From Actinomycetes bacterium (GTDB lineage Bacteria; Actinomycetota; Acidimicrobiia; Acidimicrobiales; UBA8190): a stretch of DNA of 64,000 bases. Shown here piece by piece: positions 26,345 to 37,300 of the stretch (the stretch's first letter is position 1; each line of letters begins with the position of its first letter). The stretch lies in NCBI GenBank assembly GCA_021819525.1, contig JAKAQW010000001.1, positions 68 to 64,067 on the forward strand. Reading direction: 5' to 3'. The notes under the pieces were generated by a model. The model was not told the DNA's origin and ran no database searches. It saw nothing but the letters and a program-made list of their open reading frames with translations. The position numbers were made by a program, and so were the translations under genes.

Positions 26345-27088
26345 GTGGTTCCTGGAGCAAGGTTGGTGGTCCTGGGCAAGCAGGGCGCCGGCAAAGGAAC
26401 GCAGTGCGTGCGGCTCTCGCATCACTTCGTGGTGCCGCACATCTCCACCGGCGAAATGCTGCGGGCCGCGGTGAAGTCCCGCTCGCCGCTCGGGCTGAAG
26501 GCCAGGGAGATGATGGATCGCGGCGAGCTGCTCGGCGACGACATCATCATGGAGATGGTCGGCCAGCGCATCGCCGAGCCCGACGCTCGGGCCAGGGGGT
26601 TCATCCTCGACGGGTGTCCCCGTACCACCCACCAGGCAGAGATGCTGGCCGACTTGCTCGCACCGATCGACATCGACCTGACCGTGGACATCGAGGTGCC
26701 CACCGCCCAGGTGCTCCGGCGCCTCGCCGGACGCCGGGTGTGCACCGACTGCGGGGCCAACTACTCGGTCGACGCCCCACCGAAGGTCAACTGGACCTGC
26801 GACATGTGCGGCGGCGAAGTGGTCCAGCGCCCCGACGACACCGAGGAGGCCATCCGCCGGCGCCTGGATCTCTACGAGCACGAGACGGCGCCGCTCATCG
26901 ACTGGTACGACGCCCGGGACCAGCTGGTGCGGGTGAACGGGGTCGGATCGCCCGACGTCGTGCTGCGGCGGATCATCCGGAGCCTCGAGCAGCGCCAGGC
27001 CAGACGCCGGGGGGGATCGAGCCGTCGCCGCCGGCGACCCGAGAGCCCCGAACCTGCATCGCCCACCGACGGGGGACCGTCGAATTGA
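26345..27088 (+). CDS. adk: adenylate kinase
   Basis: P-loop GKQGAGKGTQ and zinc lid CTDCG...CDMCGG. The start is GTG 26345 or TTG 26363 (GGAG lies 5 nt upstream of the latter). An Arg/Pro-rich C-terminal tail overlaps the map start. Confidence 0.93.
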   Translation: MVPGARLVVLGKQGAGKGTQCVRLSHHFVVPHISTGEMLRAAVKSRSPLGLKAREMMDRGELLGDDIIMEMVGQRIAEPDARARGFILDGCPRTTHQAEMLADLLAPIDIDLTVDIEVPTAQVLRRLAGRRVCTDCGANYSVDAPPKVNWTCDMCGGEVVQRPDDTEEAIRRRLDLYEHETAPLIDWYDARDQLVRVNGVGSPDVVLRRIIRSLEQRQARRRGGSSRRRRRPESPEPASPTDGGPSN

Positions 27089-27825
27089 GGCGTAACACCC
27101 GGGAGATCGCCAAGATGCGCAGGGCCGGCCAGGTGGTGGCCGAGATGCACGAAGCCACCCGGGCGGCCGTTCGACCCGGCGTCACCACCGCCCAGCTCGA
27201 CGCGGTGGCCCGTGAGGTGCTCGACCGGCGCCGGGCCCGGTCCAATTTCCTCGGCTACCACGGCTTTCCCGCCGTGATCTGCACCTCGCCCAACGACATG
27301 ATCGTCCACGGCATCCCCGGGGACGTGGTCCTGCACGAGGGCGACATCATCTCGATCGACTGCGGCGCCATCGTCGAGGGCTACCATGGCGACGCCGCGT
27401 TCACCATGGGGGTGGGGGAGGTGAGCGACGCGGCCCAGCGCCTCATCGAGGTCACCGAAGCCAGCCTGTGGGCGGGGATCGCCCAGCTGGTGGCGGGCAA
27501 CCGCCTGCACCAGGTGGGCCGGGCGGTGCAGGAGGTGGCCGAAGCCGCCGGGTTCAGCGTCGTGCGGGAGTACGTCGGCCACGCCATCGGCACGGCCATG
27601 CACGAAGAGCCCCAGGTGCCGAACTACTGGCCCGGCGCGCCGGGCCCGCTGCTCAAGACGGGTATGGTCTTCGCCGTCGAGCCGATGGTGAACATGGGTG
27701 GCCCCGAGACCAAGCTGCTCGACGACGGCTGGGGGGTGGTCACCGCAGACGGGCAGCTCTCCGCCCACTTCGAGCACTCCATTGCCGTCACCGACGACGG
27801 ACCTGAGGTGCTCACCCTCCCTTGA
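27085..27825 (+). CDS. map: type I methionine aminopeptidase
   Basis: TTG 27085 overlaps the adk TGA (alternative ATG 27115). Metal ligand context includes [28 protein letters not shown] and HFEHS. Confidence 0.93.
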   Translation: MRRNTREIAKMRRAGQVVAEMHEATRAAVRPGVTTAQLDAVAREVLDRRRARSNFLGYHGFPAVICTSPNDMIVHGIPGDVVLHEGDIISIDCGAIVEGYHGDAAFTMGVGEVSDAAQRLIEVTEASLWAGIAQLVAGNRLHQVGRAVQEVAEAAGFSVVREYVGHAIGTAMHEEPQVPNYWPGAPGPLLKTGMVFAVEPMVNMGGPETKLLDDGWGVVTADGQLSAHFEHSIAVTDDGPEVLTLP

Positions 27826-28183
27826 GCGCTGCCCCGCCAGCCTTCTCCGGCAGGCCAGGTGGTGGCGTCCCGCAAGCGCGCGCCCGGGGCGGCCCGGGAC
27901 CAGAGCCCTCGGCCCGCGCCGTCTCACGAGGCTCGAGGCCCCGGTGCTCGTCTCTGCAGCAGCGCGCCAGGCAGCGGTGCAGTGCTCGTCTCTGCAGCAG
28001 TGCGGCGGAGGTGCGTGCCCGATGGCGCACTGGCCAGGGCGCCTGAGACCGGCTATGCTGGTCGATCGGCTCGCCGGCCCATCGCCTGGCGGGTGCCGGC
28101 GTGGTCGGGCGCCGGTGCTCGACGGTCGTCACTGCGCCGTCGAGCCGGTCGTCCCCATGGTCCTGGCAGGCCTTCGCCCGCCG

Positions 28184-28438
28184 ATGGATGTGCTCACCTC
28201 GAGGAGGAATCACCTGCCCAAGCCCAAGGAGGACGCGATCGTGCTGGAAGGGACGGTCGTCGAGCCGCTCCCGAACGCCATGTTCCGCGTCGAGCTCGAG
28301 AACGGCCACAAGGTGCTGGCCCACAGCTCGGGGAAGATGCGGATGCACCGGATCCGGATCCTGCCCGGCGATCGCGTGCAGGTGGAGATCACCCCGTACG
28401 ACCTCTCCAGGGGTCGCATCACCTACCGCTACAAGTAG
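28184..28438 (+). CDS. infA: translation initiation factor IF-1
   Basis: The product contains [73 protein letters not shown] 28184 is the first ATG. However, CTG 28214 lies 7 nt after GAGGAGG and would give a canonical 74-aa IF-1. Confidence 0.93.
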   Translation: MDVLTSRRNHLPKPKEDAIVLEGTVVEPLPNAMFRVELENGHKVLAHSSGKMRMHRIRILPGDRVQVEITPYDLSRGRITYRYK

Positions 28439-28551
28439 CCGCTACGAACAGCAGTGGCCACAGCGCCGGCGGTCGCAGGGGCCGGCGCCGGCGTGCGGCA
28501 GGCTGCACAGCGCCAGCCCAGGAGCAGCCGGTAGCCCGGCAGCACGACGGC

Positions 28552-28577
28552 GACAGACAGACAGACAGACAGACAGA
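28552..28577. repeat. (GACA)6 tetranucleotide microsatellite in the infA-rpmJ spacer
   Basis: GACAGACAGACAGACAGACAGACAGA was read directly from the sequence, about 30 nt upstream of the rpmJ ATG. Confidence 0.95.
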
Positions 28578-28608
28578 ACCACAGAACGACAGCCCCACGA
28601 GGAACACC

Positions 28609-28722
28609 ATGAAAGTTCGACCGAGCGTCAAGGCGATCTGTGAGAAGTGCAAGGTGATCCGGCGACACGGCCGGGTGACGGTCATCTGCGAAAATCCCCG
28701 GCACAAGCAGCGCCAGGGCTGA
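28609..28722 (+). CDS. rpmJ: 50S ribosomal protein L36
   Basis: ATG 28609. The 37-aa product is [37 protein letters not shown], the zinc-binding form. Confidence 0.95.
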   Translation: MKVRPSVKAICEKCKVIRRHGRVTVICENPRHKQRQG

Positions 28723-28746
28723 GATCGGACGAAGAGGAACACGACC

Positions 28747-29127
28747 ATGGCACGCATCGCCGGTGTGGACATCCCCCGCGAGAAGCGGTTGGAGGTGTCG
28801 CTCACCTATATCTACGGGATCGGGCGGGCTCAGGCCCAGCAGGTCTGCTCGGCGACAGGGACCAGTCCCGAGACCAGGGTTCGCGACCTCACCGACGAGG
28901 AGGTCGCCCGCCTGCGCAGCTACATCGACGCCTCGCTGAAAGTCGAGGGCGACCTGCGCCGCGACGTGGCCCAGGACATCAAGCGGAAGATGGAGATCGG
29001 CTGCTATCAGGGCATCCGTCACCGCCGGGGGCTGCCCGTCCACGGGCAGCGCACCCACACCAATGCTCGTACCCGCAAAGGACCGAAGAAGACGGTCGCC
29101 GGCAAGAAGAAAGTTCGCAAGCACTGA
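28747..29127 (+). CDS. rpsM: 30S ribosomal protein S13
   Basis: [34 protein letters not shown]...[19 protein letters not shown], 126 aa. Confidence 0.97.
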   Translation: MARIAGVDIPREKRLEVSLTYIYGIGRAQAQQVCSATGTSPETRVRDLTDEEVARLRSYIDASLKVEGDLRRDVAQDIKRKMEIGCYQGIRHRRGLPVHGQRTHTNARTRKGPKKTVAGKKKVRKH

Positions 29128-29534
29128 TGCCCAAGTCGCAGAAGCCCTCCGGCGCCGCCCGTCGTCCTCGACGCCGGGAACGCAAGAACATCGCCTACGG
29201 GGTCGTCCACATCAAGAGCTCGTTCAACAACACCATCGTCAGCATCTCCGACCAGGAGGGGAACGTCTTGTCGTGGGCCTCCGCCGGGAACGTCGGGTTC
29301 AAGGGATCGCGGAAGTCCACCCCGTTCGCTGCCCAGCTGGCAGCCGAGCAGGCCGCCCGGCGGGCCATGGAGCACGGGGTGCGCAAGGTCGACGTGCTGG
29401 TACGCGGGCCGGGATCGGGGCGCGAGACGGCGATCCGCTCCATTGCCGCCACCGGCATCGAGGTGGCGGGCATCAAGGACGTGACCCCCATCCCGCACAA
29501 CGGCTGCCGTCCGAAGAAGCGTCGCCGGGTATGA
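29127..29534 (+). CDS. rpsK: 30S ribosomal protein S11
   Basis: ATG 29127 overlaps the rpsM TGA. Product contains [46 protein letters not shown] and [14 protein letters not shown]. Confidence 0.96.
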   Translation: MPKSQKPSGAARRPRRRERKNIAYGVVHIKSSFNNTIVSISDQEGNVLSWASAGNVGFKGSRKSTPFAAQLAAEQAARRAMEHGVRKVDVLVRGPGSGRETAIRSIAATGIEVAGIKDVTPIPHNGCRPKKRRRV

Positions 29535-29756
29535 GCCTCCTGCCCTCTGCCGTGGGGGACCCGCTCCCGCCCCGCAGCCCCGCCCGACGCCGTCCGGCCG
29601 TGCTGCGGCGCCCCGACGGGCAGTGGCCTGGGGGGGTGCTGGCGCCGCCGAGCCCGCCGTTCTCGATGGCCGTCGCTGCGCTATCGGATCCCCGCCCCCG
29701 CCCCCGTTCCCTGCGCCCGCACCCGCAGCACAGGCAGTAGAGGAGTCGATCGAACC

Positions 29757-30404
29757 ATGGCCCGCTACACCGGACCCGTCTGCCGGCTCTGCCGGCGTGA
29801 GCGCACCAAGCTCTTCTTGAAGGGCGAGCGCTGCTACTCCATGAAATGCCCGGTCTCCGAGGCGGCCAGTGACCGCCACAGCCGGGCGTACCCCCCCGGC
29901 GAGCACGGCCGAGATCGGATGCGCCAGGGATCGGAGTACCTGTCGCAGCTCCGGGAGAAGCAGAAGGCCCGCCGCATCTACGGCCTGCTCGAGAAGCAGT
30001 TCCGCAACCTCTATGCCGAGGCCAACCGCCAACCGGGTATCACCGGAGAGAACCTGCTGCGCCTGCTCGAGCTGCGCCTCGACAACGTCGCCTTCCGAGC
30101 GGTGTGGGGCGCGAGCCGGAGCCAGGCCCGGCAGCTCGTGCGCCACGGCCATGTGCAGGTGAACGGCCGGCGCGTCACCATCCCGAGCTACCGGGTCCGG
30201 GTCGGCGACGTGGTAGGCCTGGTCCCCGCCTCGCGCCAGTCCTTCACCGTTCGCCGTAACCTGGACACCGTCGACCGTCAGCTGCCCCCCTGGCTGGAGG
30301 CGAACGCCGATCGCACGCAGGTGACCGTTGCCAACCTGCCCAAGCGGGAGCACATCGACGAGCCGGTACGCGAGCAGCTGATCGTCGAGCTCTACTCGAA
30401 GTAG
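29757..30404 (+). CDS. rpsD: 30S ribosomal protein S4
   Basis: [31 protein letters not shown]...[11 protein letters not shown]...[13 protein letters not shown], 215 aa. Confidence 0.96.
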   Translation: MARYTGPVCRLCRRERTKLFLKGERCYSMKCPVSEAASDRHSRAYPPGEHGRDRMRQGSEYLSQLREKQKARRIYGLLEKQFRNLYAEANRQPGITGENLLRLLELRLDNVAFRAVWGASRSQARQLVRHGHVQVNGRRVTIPSYRVRVGDVVGLVPASRQSFTVRRNLDTVDRQLPPWLEANADRTQVTVANLPKREHIDEPVREQLIVELYSK

Positions 30405-30482
30405 CCGCCAGGGCCGGCTCCAACCGGCCTCCGACCCACCGTGAACCCGGTACCCACGCCGACCCAGCAGGAGCCCCAGGTA

Positions 30483-31421
30483 ATGCTCATCATCCAGCGC
30501 CCCACCGTCGAAGCGATCGGCGAGGAGGAAGACGCTCGCCAGCGTTTCGCCATCAGCCCCCTCGAGCCCGGCTTCGGCCACACCCTGGGGAACTCGCTGC
30601 GTCGGACACTTCTGTCCTCCATCCCCGGAGCTGCGGTCACCCAGGTCCGCTTCGACGACGCCCTCCACGAGTTCACCACTCTGCCCGGCGTGAAAGAAGA
30701 CGTCACCGACCTGCTGCTCAACTTGAAGGACCTGGTGCTGCGCTGCGAGTCCGACGAGCCGGTGGTGCTGCGCTGCGACGTGCGGGGACCGGCCGAGGTG
30801 ACCGGGGCCGACCTCCAAGGCAGCGCGGATGTCGAGATCCTGAACCCGGCGCTGCACCTGGCCAGCTTGAACGCCAAGGGACGCCTGGCCATGGACGTGA
30901 CCGTCGAGCGAGGTCGGGGCTATGCCTCTGCCGATCGCAACAAGCGAGGGAGCACGATCGGGGTCATCCCGCTCGACTCGATCTTCTCTCCCGTGCGGCG
31001 AGTGGCGTTCACCATCGAGCCTGTCCGGGTGGAGCAGTCCACGGACTTCGACCGCCTGGTGCTCGACATCGAGACCGACGGCTCCATCACCCCGCGCGAA
31101 GCACTGGCCTCGGCGGGTGACACCCTTCGTTCGCTGGTCGGCCTCGTCGCCGACTTGGAGGAGGCTCCCCAAGGCCTCGAGCTCGGGGAGATCAGCAGCA
31201 CAGCCAGCGGCTCGCCCGACCTGGACCTGCCCATCGAGGATCTGGATCTGTCCGAGCGGCCACGCAACTGCTTGAAGCGAGCCCAGGTGAACACCATCGG
31301 CGAGCTGGTCCAGCGCACCGCCGACGACCTGCTCACCATCACCAACTTCGGCCAGAAATCCCTCGACGAGGTGACCCAGCGCCTCGACGAGCGGGGCCTC
31401 AGCCTCCGGGTCAAGGACTGA
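30483..31421 (+). CDS. rpoA: DNA-directed RNA polymerase subunit alpha
   Basis: ATG 30483 lies 9 nt after AGGAG (the tracked ORF starts at GTG 30441). Product is MLIIQRPTVEAIGEE...FAISPLEPGFGHTLGNSLRRTLLSSIPGAAV, with the CTD motif LSERPRNCLKRAQVNTIGELV. Confidence 0.95.
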   Translation: MLIIQRPTVEAIGEEEDARQRFAISPLEPGFGHTLGNSLRRTLLSSIPGAAVTQVRFDDALHEFTTLPGVKEDVTDLLLNLKDLVLRCESDEPVVLRCDVRGPAEVTGADLQGSADVEILNPALHLASLNAKGRLAMDVTVERGRGYASADRNKRGSTIGVIPLDSIFSPVRRVAFTIEPVRVEQSTDFDRLVLDIETDGSITPREALASAGDTLRSLVGLVADLEEAPQGLELGEISSTASGSPDLDLPIEDLDLSERPRNCLKRAQVNTIGELVQRTADDLLTITNFGQKSLDEVTQRLDERGLSLRVKD

Positions 31422-31515
31422 CCCGGGCCCGCCACGAGCCCGACGCCTGCCGCACGCCAGCACTGGTGGTGGGCTGGTGCGGCGAGAGGCACGGCGAACG
31501 AGTCGTACCAGGTCG

Positions 31516-31552
31516 ACCGACACCACACCGACGCACCGACACCACACCGACG
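31516..31552. repeat. 19-bp tandem duplication just upstream of the rplQ ribosome-binding site
   Basis: ACCGACACCACACCGACG occurs at 31516-31533 and again at 31535-31552, with a period of 19. Confidence 0.9.
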
Positions 31553-31563
31553 GAAGGATCCCC

Positions 31564-31917
31564 ATGCGAGCAACCCCCAAGCGCGGCCGTCGCCTCGGCG
31601 GTGACGCCGCTCATCAGAAGGCCATGGTCGCGAACATGATCTCCTCGTTCATCGCGGCGGAGTACCTGGTCACTACCGAGACGAAAGCGAAGCTCCTGCG
31701 TCCGGTGCTCGAGAAGTGCATCACCGCCGCCCGCAAGGGTGGGGTGCACCGCCAGCGCCAGGTGGTGGCGCTCATCCGCGACAAAGAGTTCGCCCACAAG
31801 CTGTTCGCCGAGATCGCTCCCCGCTACGCAGACCGGCCGGGGGGCTACACCCGGATCCTGAAGCTCGGTCCCCGCCAGGGAGACAACGCACCCATGGCGC
31901 GCATAGAACTGGTTTGA
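31564..31917 (+). CDS. rplQ: 50S ribosomal protein L17
   Basis: ATG 31564 follows GGAAGGA. Product is MRATPKRGRRLGGDAAHQKAMVANMISSFIAAEYLVTTETKAKLLRPVLEKCIT...GGYTRILKLGPRQGDNAPMARIELV. The upstream in-frame extension from 31477 is not L17-like. Confidence 0.94.
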   Translation: MRATPKRGRRLGGDAAHQKAMVANMISSFIAAEYLVTTETKAKLLRPVLEKCITAARKGGVHRQRQVVALIRDKEFAHKLFAEIAPRYADRPGGYTRILKLGPRQGDNAPMARIELV

Positions 31918-32006
31918 CCCTGTTCGGCGCCGAGCCGCCGCTCGGGGCCAGTGACCGTTCTGGCGACGCCAGGGGCATCTCGGGCCCCCGGCGCGCCGGC
32001 GGCGAC

Positions 32007-32846
32007 GTGCGAGCTGCCGACCCGGGATCCGGGCTGGCACTCCCCAGACCACCGGTAGCGACCGTCCGGCTCCGGCTCGACATCGCTTACGACGGCTCGG
32101 GCTTCCGGGGGTTCGCCGCGCAGCCTGGCCAGCGGACGGTGGCTGGGGTACTGGTCGAGGCCATCGGCACCGTGGTCCGCCACAGCGTGAGCGTGACCTG
32201 TGCCGGGCGCACCGACGCCGGCGTCCACGCCCAGGGCCAGGTCGTCCACGTCGACGTGACCGAAGACGTGGATCTGGCCCGCCTGGCGCGGTCGGTCAAC
32301 GCGCTGACAGGGCCCGATGTGGTGATCCGCCACGCGCAGGTGGCTGCCCCTGGCTTCGACGCGCGCCGCTGCGCGCTGGGGCGTCACTACCGCTACCTCG
32401 TGCACCACGCCGAGACGGCGGATCCGCTGCTGGCGAGGGTGGCCTGGACCGTCGCCGGTCAGCTGGATCTACGGGCCATGGCTGCAGGAGCCGACGTGCT
32501 CGTCGGGGAGCACGACTTCCGCTCGCTGTGCCGCCGGCCCCCCGGCGCCGGCCCTGACGACCCCATCGTACGCCGGGTGCTCCATGCCCAGTGGTCCGTG
32601 GCCACCGCGGTCGAGCCCATGGCGGCAGTGGTGCAGTGGGGGCGACTGCTGCGCTTCGACGTGTCGGCCACCTCGTTCTGCCACCAGATGGTCCGCTCCA
32701 TGGTCGGCATGCTGGTGGCCGTGGGGCAGCGGCGTCAGACGGTAGCCGACGTCCACTGGATGCTGAAGCGGGCAGACCGCTCAGGGGCCCCTGACCCCGC
32801 ACCTCCTCACGGGCTCAGCCTGGTCCGGGTCGACTACGCGCCCTGA
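32007..32846 (+). CDS. truA: tRNA pseudouridine(38-40) synthase TruA
   Basis: RLRLDIAYDGSGFRGFAAQPGQRTVAG...CAGRTDAGVHAQGQVVHVD...FCHQMVRSMVG. The start is uncertain: GTG 32007 is chosen here, and TTG 31914 overlapping the rplQ stop is also possible. Confidence 0.88.
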   Translation: MRAADPGSGLALPRPPVATVRLRLDIAYDGSGFRGFAAQPGQRTVAGVLVEAIGTVVRHSVSVTCAGRTDAGVHAQGQVVHVDVTEDVDLARLARSVNALTGPDVVIRHAQVAAPGFDARRCALGRHYRYLVHHAETADPLLARVAWTVAGQLDLRAMAAGADVLVGEHDFRSLCRRPPGAGPDDPIVRRVLHAQWSVATAVEPMAAVVQWGRLLRFDVSATSFCHQMVRSMVGMLVAVGQRRQTVADVHWMLKRADRSGAPDPAPPHGLSLVRVDYAP

Positions 32847-32898
32847 CCCCGCACCTCCTCACGGGCTCAGCCTGGTCCGGGTCGACTACGCGCCCTGA
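32789..32898. repeat. 52-bp perfect tandem duplication (x2.1) of the truA 3' end including the stop
   Basis: CCCTGACCCCGCACCTCCTCACGGGCTCAGCCTGGTCCGGGTCGACTACGCG at 32789-32840 is repeated at 32841-32892, followed by CCCTGA again. The truA TGA is 32844-32846. Confidence 0.95.
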
Positions 32899-32985
32899 GC
32901 TCGCCCCCCGCCGCAGCGGTGGACCGGCTGGTCGTCAACTGTGGGCAACCCGTGGAGCCGGCTGCCTGGGTAGTCGCGTCGGCGG

Positions 32986-34236
32986 TCACTGGTCGTCGAG
33001 CCGGCCCCCCAGGTAGTCGTCGTAGGCCTGGAGATCGAGCAACCCGTGCCCCGAGTAGCCGAAGACGATGACCCGTTCGCGCCCTTGCTCCTTGGCGAGC
33101 AGGGCTTCGTCGATGGCGGCCCTGATGGCATGGCTGGTCTCCGGGGCAGGGATCGTGCCCTGGGTGCGAGCGAATTGCACGGCGGCTTCGAACACCTTTC
33201 CTTGCGGGTAGGCCACTGCCTGCATGCGGCCATGGCGGACCAGGGAGCTGATGATCGGGGAGTCTCCGTGGTAGCGCAGCCCGCCGGCGTGGATCGGCGG
33301 TGGCACGAAATCGTGGCCGAGCGTGTACATCGACAGCAGCGGCGTGAGCCCCGCGGTATCGCCGAAGTCGTAGTCGAAGCGGCCTGCGGTCAACGTCGGG
33401 CACGACGACGGCTCCACCGCCACGAGGCGCACCTCGGGATCGGGGAGGAAGGGCAGCGCCAGGCCACCGAAGTTGGAACCGCCACCGCAGCAGCCGATGA
33501 CGACGTCGGGGCGCTCCTCGCCGGCCATCTGCAGCTGCTCCTTGGCTTCCAGGCCGATGACCGTCTGGTGCAGCAGCACGTGGTTCAGGACCGAGCCCAG
33601 CGAGTAGTGCGAGTCGTCGCGGCTCGCAGCGTCGCGCACGGCGTCGCTGATGGCCGAGCCCAGCGAGCCGGGATGGCCTGGTTCGTCGACCGGCGAAGGC
33701 TCGACCGACGCCCCCCAGGTCTGCATCATCACCCGCCGGTAGGGCTTCTGCTCGAACGAGGCGCGCACCATGTACACCTTGCATTCCATCGAGAACAAGG
33801 CGGTGGCGAACCCCAGCGCGCTGCCCCACTGCCCGGCACCGGTCTCGGTGGTGAGGCGGGCCACGCCCTCCTGCTTGTTGTAGTAGGCCTGAGCCACCGC
33901 GGTATTGGGCTTGTGCGATCCTGCCGGCGAGACGGACTCGTCCTTGTAGTAGATGCGAGCCGGTGTGTCGAGGGCCTCCTCGAGGCGCCGAGCCCGCACG
34001 AGCGGCGTCGGGCGCCACAGGCGCAAGATGTCGAGCACCGCACCAGGCACGTCGATCCAAGGCTCGGTGGCCATCTCCTGAGCGATGAGCGCCATGGGGA
34101 AGATCGGAGCCAAGTCCTCGGGCCCCACGGGCTTCTTGGTTGCCGGGTGCAGGGGGGGATCGAGCGGGGCCGCAAGGTGCGGGGCTGCGTTGAACCACGC
34201 TTCGGGTACCTTGTCGCTCGGCATCGTCCAGCGCAT
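32986..34236 (-). CDS. TrpB2-like PLP-dependent enzyme (tryptophan synthase beta-like)
   Basis: 416 aa with the PLP-lysine context [22 protein letters not shown], plus [13 protein letters not shown] and [11 protein letters not shown]. Length and motifs fit the stand-alone TrpB2 class, and no trpA is adjacent. Confidence 0.8.
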   Translation of the reverse strand: MRWTMPSDKVPEAWFNAAPHLAAPLDPPLHPATKKPVGPEDLAPIFPMALIAQEMATEPWIDVPGAVLDILRLWRPTPLVRARRLEEALDTPARIYYKDESVSPAGSHKPNTAVAQAYYNKQEGVARLTTETGAGQWGSALGFATALFSMECKVYMVRASFEQKPYRRVMMQTWGASVEPSPVDEPGHPGSLGSAISDAVRDAASRDDSHYSLGSVLNHVLLHQTVIGLEAKEQLQMAGEERPDVVIGCCGGGSNFGGLALPFLPDPEVRLVAVEPSSCPTLTAGRFDYDFGDTAGLTPLLSMYTLGHDFVPPPIHAGGLRYHGDSPIISSLVRHGRMQAVAYPQGKVFEAAVQFARTQGTIPAPETSHAIRAAIDEALLAKEQGRERVIVFGYSGHGLLDLQAYDDYLGGRLDDQ

Positions 34237-34335
34237 GGCTGCTCTCCTCCTGTGTCGGGCTCGGTGCCGGGCTCTTCCGAGCCCGGACGCCGCGGTGGCT
34301 GTGGCTGTGGCTGTGGCTGTCGTGGTGGTTGAGTG

Positions 34336-37300
34336 CTACTGCTTCCCGAGCCGCCGGTCAACCTGGCTCGGCCGGTGCGGCTCGTGGTGTCGGTCGGTGT
34401 GGTGAGAGTCGGCGTGGTGAGAGCCGGTACGCGTCTCCAGGGGGCCCATGGCGTAGAACAGCCGCTCCACCACCTCCCGGGAGCGACGGGTGACGCGCCG
34501 GTACTGCTCGCGTAGCGCGGAGGGCGTCGTCTCGAGGCTCCTGGCCAGGCGAGCGAGCTGGTCGGGGCGCGACGGCAGGGCATCGCCAGGGGTGCCGCCG
34601 CCGGCCAGCGCGCCAACCAGGTACCAGCGATTGCGGGTGTGCTCGCAGAAGCGGTAGGCCGCCCGGAGGTGCTGGGCGTCGGTCGAGTCGAGCAGTCCAG
34701 ATGCCTCGAGGCGATCGAGCGCGGCCATGGTCCCCGGCTCGGCTACGCCGTGGCGTAGCTGGAGCAGCTGCACCGTCCACTCGACGTCGGCCAACGAGCC
34801 CCGACCCAGCTTCAGATGGAACTGGGGATCCTCGTGCGTCGGCAGACGTTCGCGCTCGATCCGGGCCTTCATGCGGCGGATCTCGGCGACCTCGCCCTCC
34901 GTCCACGGTCGCTGCCAGACCAGCTCGTCGACCAGCTCGAGGAACCGCCGGCCGAGCGCCCGGTCCCCGGCGACGACTCGGGCCCGGGCCATGGCTTGGC
35001 GCTCCCAGGTCTGGGCCCATCGGGCGAAGTAGGCGCGGTAGCTGGCCATGTCCCGCACCAGAGGCCCGTGGCCACCGTCGGGGCGAAGAGCCAGGTCGAT
35101 CCGCATGACCTGGTCGAACTGCGCCTCACCGTGCATCAGGTCGAGCAGCGACTCGGCGCCGGCGATTGCCCGCTCGGCCTCGCCGTCGCCGCACACGAGC
35201 ACCAGGTCGAGATCGCTCGCGTAGGAGAGCTCCGCCCCGGCGAAGCGGCCCAGACCCACCGCGCACCACGTCGAGCCTGACGCGGCGGTGGCCATGGCCG
35301 CGTCGAGCACGGCTTCTGCGGTTTCAGTGAGCGCTGCGGAGGTCTCGGGCACGTCGTCGATGCCGAGGATGTCCCGGCTCGCGATCTGCAGCAGCCGCCG
35401 TCGGTGGAAGCGGACCAGCCGGTCGCGGATGGAGTCGGGAGCGCCGGCGACGCGCAGGGGTGCCGTGCGCAGCGGGTCTTGCTCTGGTGTCGTGCGCAGC
35501 GGGTCTTGCTCTGGTGTCGTGCGCAGCGGGTCTTGCTCTGGTGTCGTGCGCAGCGGGTCTTGCTCTGGTGTCGTGCGCAGCGGGGAGAGCTCTTGCGGGC
35601 TGACCCGGGCCAGTTCCAGGTCGCCGAGCTCCGCGATGACGTCGGGGCTGCGGGTCAGCGCCTCACCGAGCAGGCGGCTGGTGCCGAGCAGGAGGCACAG
35701 GCGACGGGCAGCCTCGGGGGACTCCCGGAAGGTGGACAGCACCAGGGATCGCTGGTGGTGTCCGACGACGAGGTCACGCAGCTGCTGGAGGCCGAGATCG
35801 GGATCCGGGCTCTGTGACAGCCAGTCGAGCACCAAGGGCAGCATCTGCGCCATCAGCTGCGAGCTCCGGGTGAGCCCGCTGGCCAGGGCATCGATGGCTC
35901 GGCGGGTGCGCTGCGCATCGGCAAAGCCGAAGGCGTCGAGGCGCCGTTGGAGCGCCTCGGGCGACAACCGGTACGTCGGGGCCTGGCCGGCGAGCCCGGT
36001 GCGGTGGTCGAGTCGCGGGACAGTGCTGCAGGCGCCTGATCGCGGTGGGCCGTCGTCGCGTCGTGGTGGACCGGCACCGCGCCTCTCGCCACCGGGGCCA
36101 GCAGCCTTGCCTGACCGCTTCGAGGCGTCGACCAGCCGATCCTCCGGGGCCGCCAATTCCAGCTCGGCGAACGCCTCGAGCAAGGGGCGGAAGTACAGCC
36201 GCTCGTGGACGTTTCGCACCGCCTGTCGCTTGGCGCGCAGCGTCGCTGTCAACGCGCCATCCGCTGACATGGTGGGGGAATCGACGAACCCCAGGACCCG
36301 CGCGAGTCGGTGATAGGCCGCCGGGTCGCTCGGGACACTGTGCACCTGCTGCTCGTCGACCAGCTGCAGCCGGTGCTCGACGGTGCGCAGGAACCGGTAG
36401 CCGTCGGCCAGGATCGCGGCGTCGTCGGCCGCCACGTACCCGGACTCGGCCAGCTGGGCCAGGGCCACCAAGGTGCCGGGCGCTCGGATGCCCGGGTCGA
36501 GGCGCCCGTGGACCAGCTGGAGCAGCTGGACCGCGAACTCGACGTCTCGGATCCCTCCGGCTTCACGCTTCAAGTCCGGGCCGCGGCGAACTTGGCGTCG
36601 CTGGCGGACGCGCCGTGCTGTGAGCTCGGTTCGGGACTTCATCGCTCGCACCTGGGCCAGCTCCTCGGCGCTGAACGGCCGTCCCCAGACGGCTTCGGCG
36701 GCGCCTTCGGCGAACCGGTGCCCGAGGGCCGAGTCGCCGGCCGACGGCCGAGCCTTGAGCAGAGCTTGGCGCTCCCACGGCTGGGCCCAGCGCTCCCAGT
36801 ACGCTCGGTACCCTTCCAGCGTCCGCACCAAAGGCCCGGAACGGCCCTCGGGGCGGAGATCCGCGTCGACCCGGAAGCAGCGACCGGCCACAGCCAGCAG
36901 CCGGCGAGCCACCGCTTCGTCGGAGCCGTCAGCGCCGACGAAGACCACGTCGATGTCGCTGGCGTAGTTCAGCTCCCGCCCCCCGAGCTTTCCCATGGCC
37001 ACCACGGCCAGCGCGTCGCCCCTCGGGCCGGCGCCTCCGGCGATCGCCACTGCGCCGTTCAAGACGGCGTCGGCCAAGCGTGCCAGCTCGATTCCCACGG
37101 TCTCGAGGTCCGCCAGCCCGAGCAGGTCGCGTGCGGCGATCCGCAGCAGCTCGAGCTGCTTCGCCCGGGCCAGGCGGCTCACCTCGGTGTCGTCGGGGTC
37201 TCCGGTCACTGGCACTGGGCGCTCCAGGTGCTCCAGGACCTCCAGGGCTCCAGGGTCGGCCACCAGCAGCCGGCCCAAGGCGTCACTGGCGCCGGCGACG

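Noticed and set aside
29019-31580. An 853-aa minus-strand ORF spanning rpsK, rpsD and rpoA.
   Set aside because: It is antisense to three well-supported genes and crosses their intergenic gaps. Its composition is non-protein-like.
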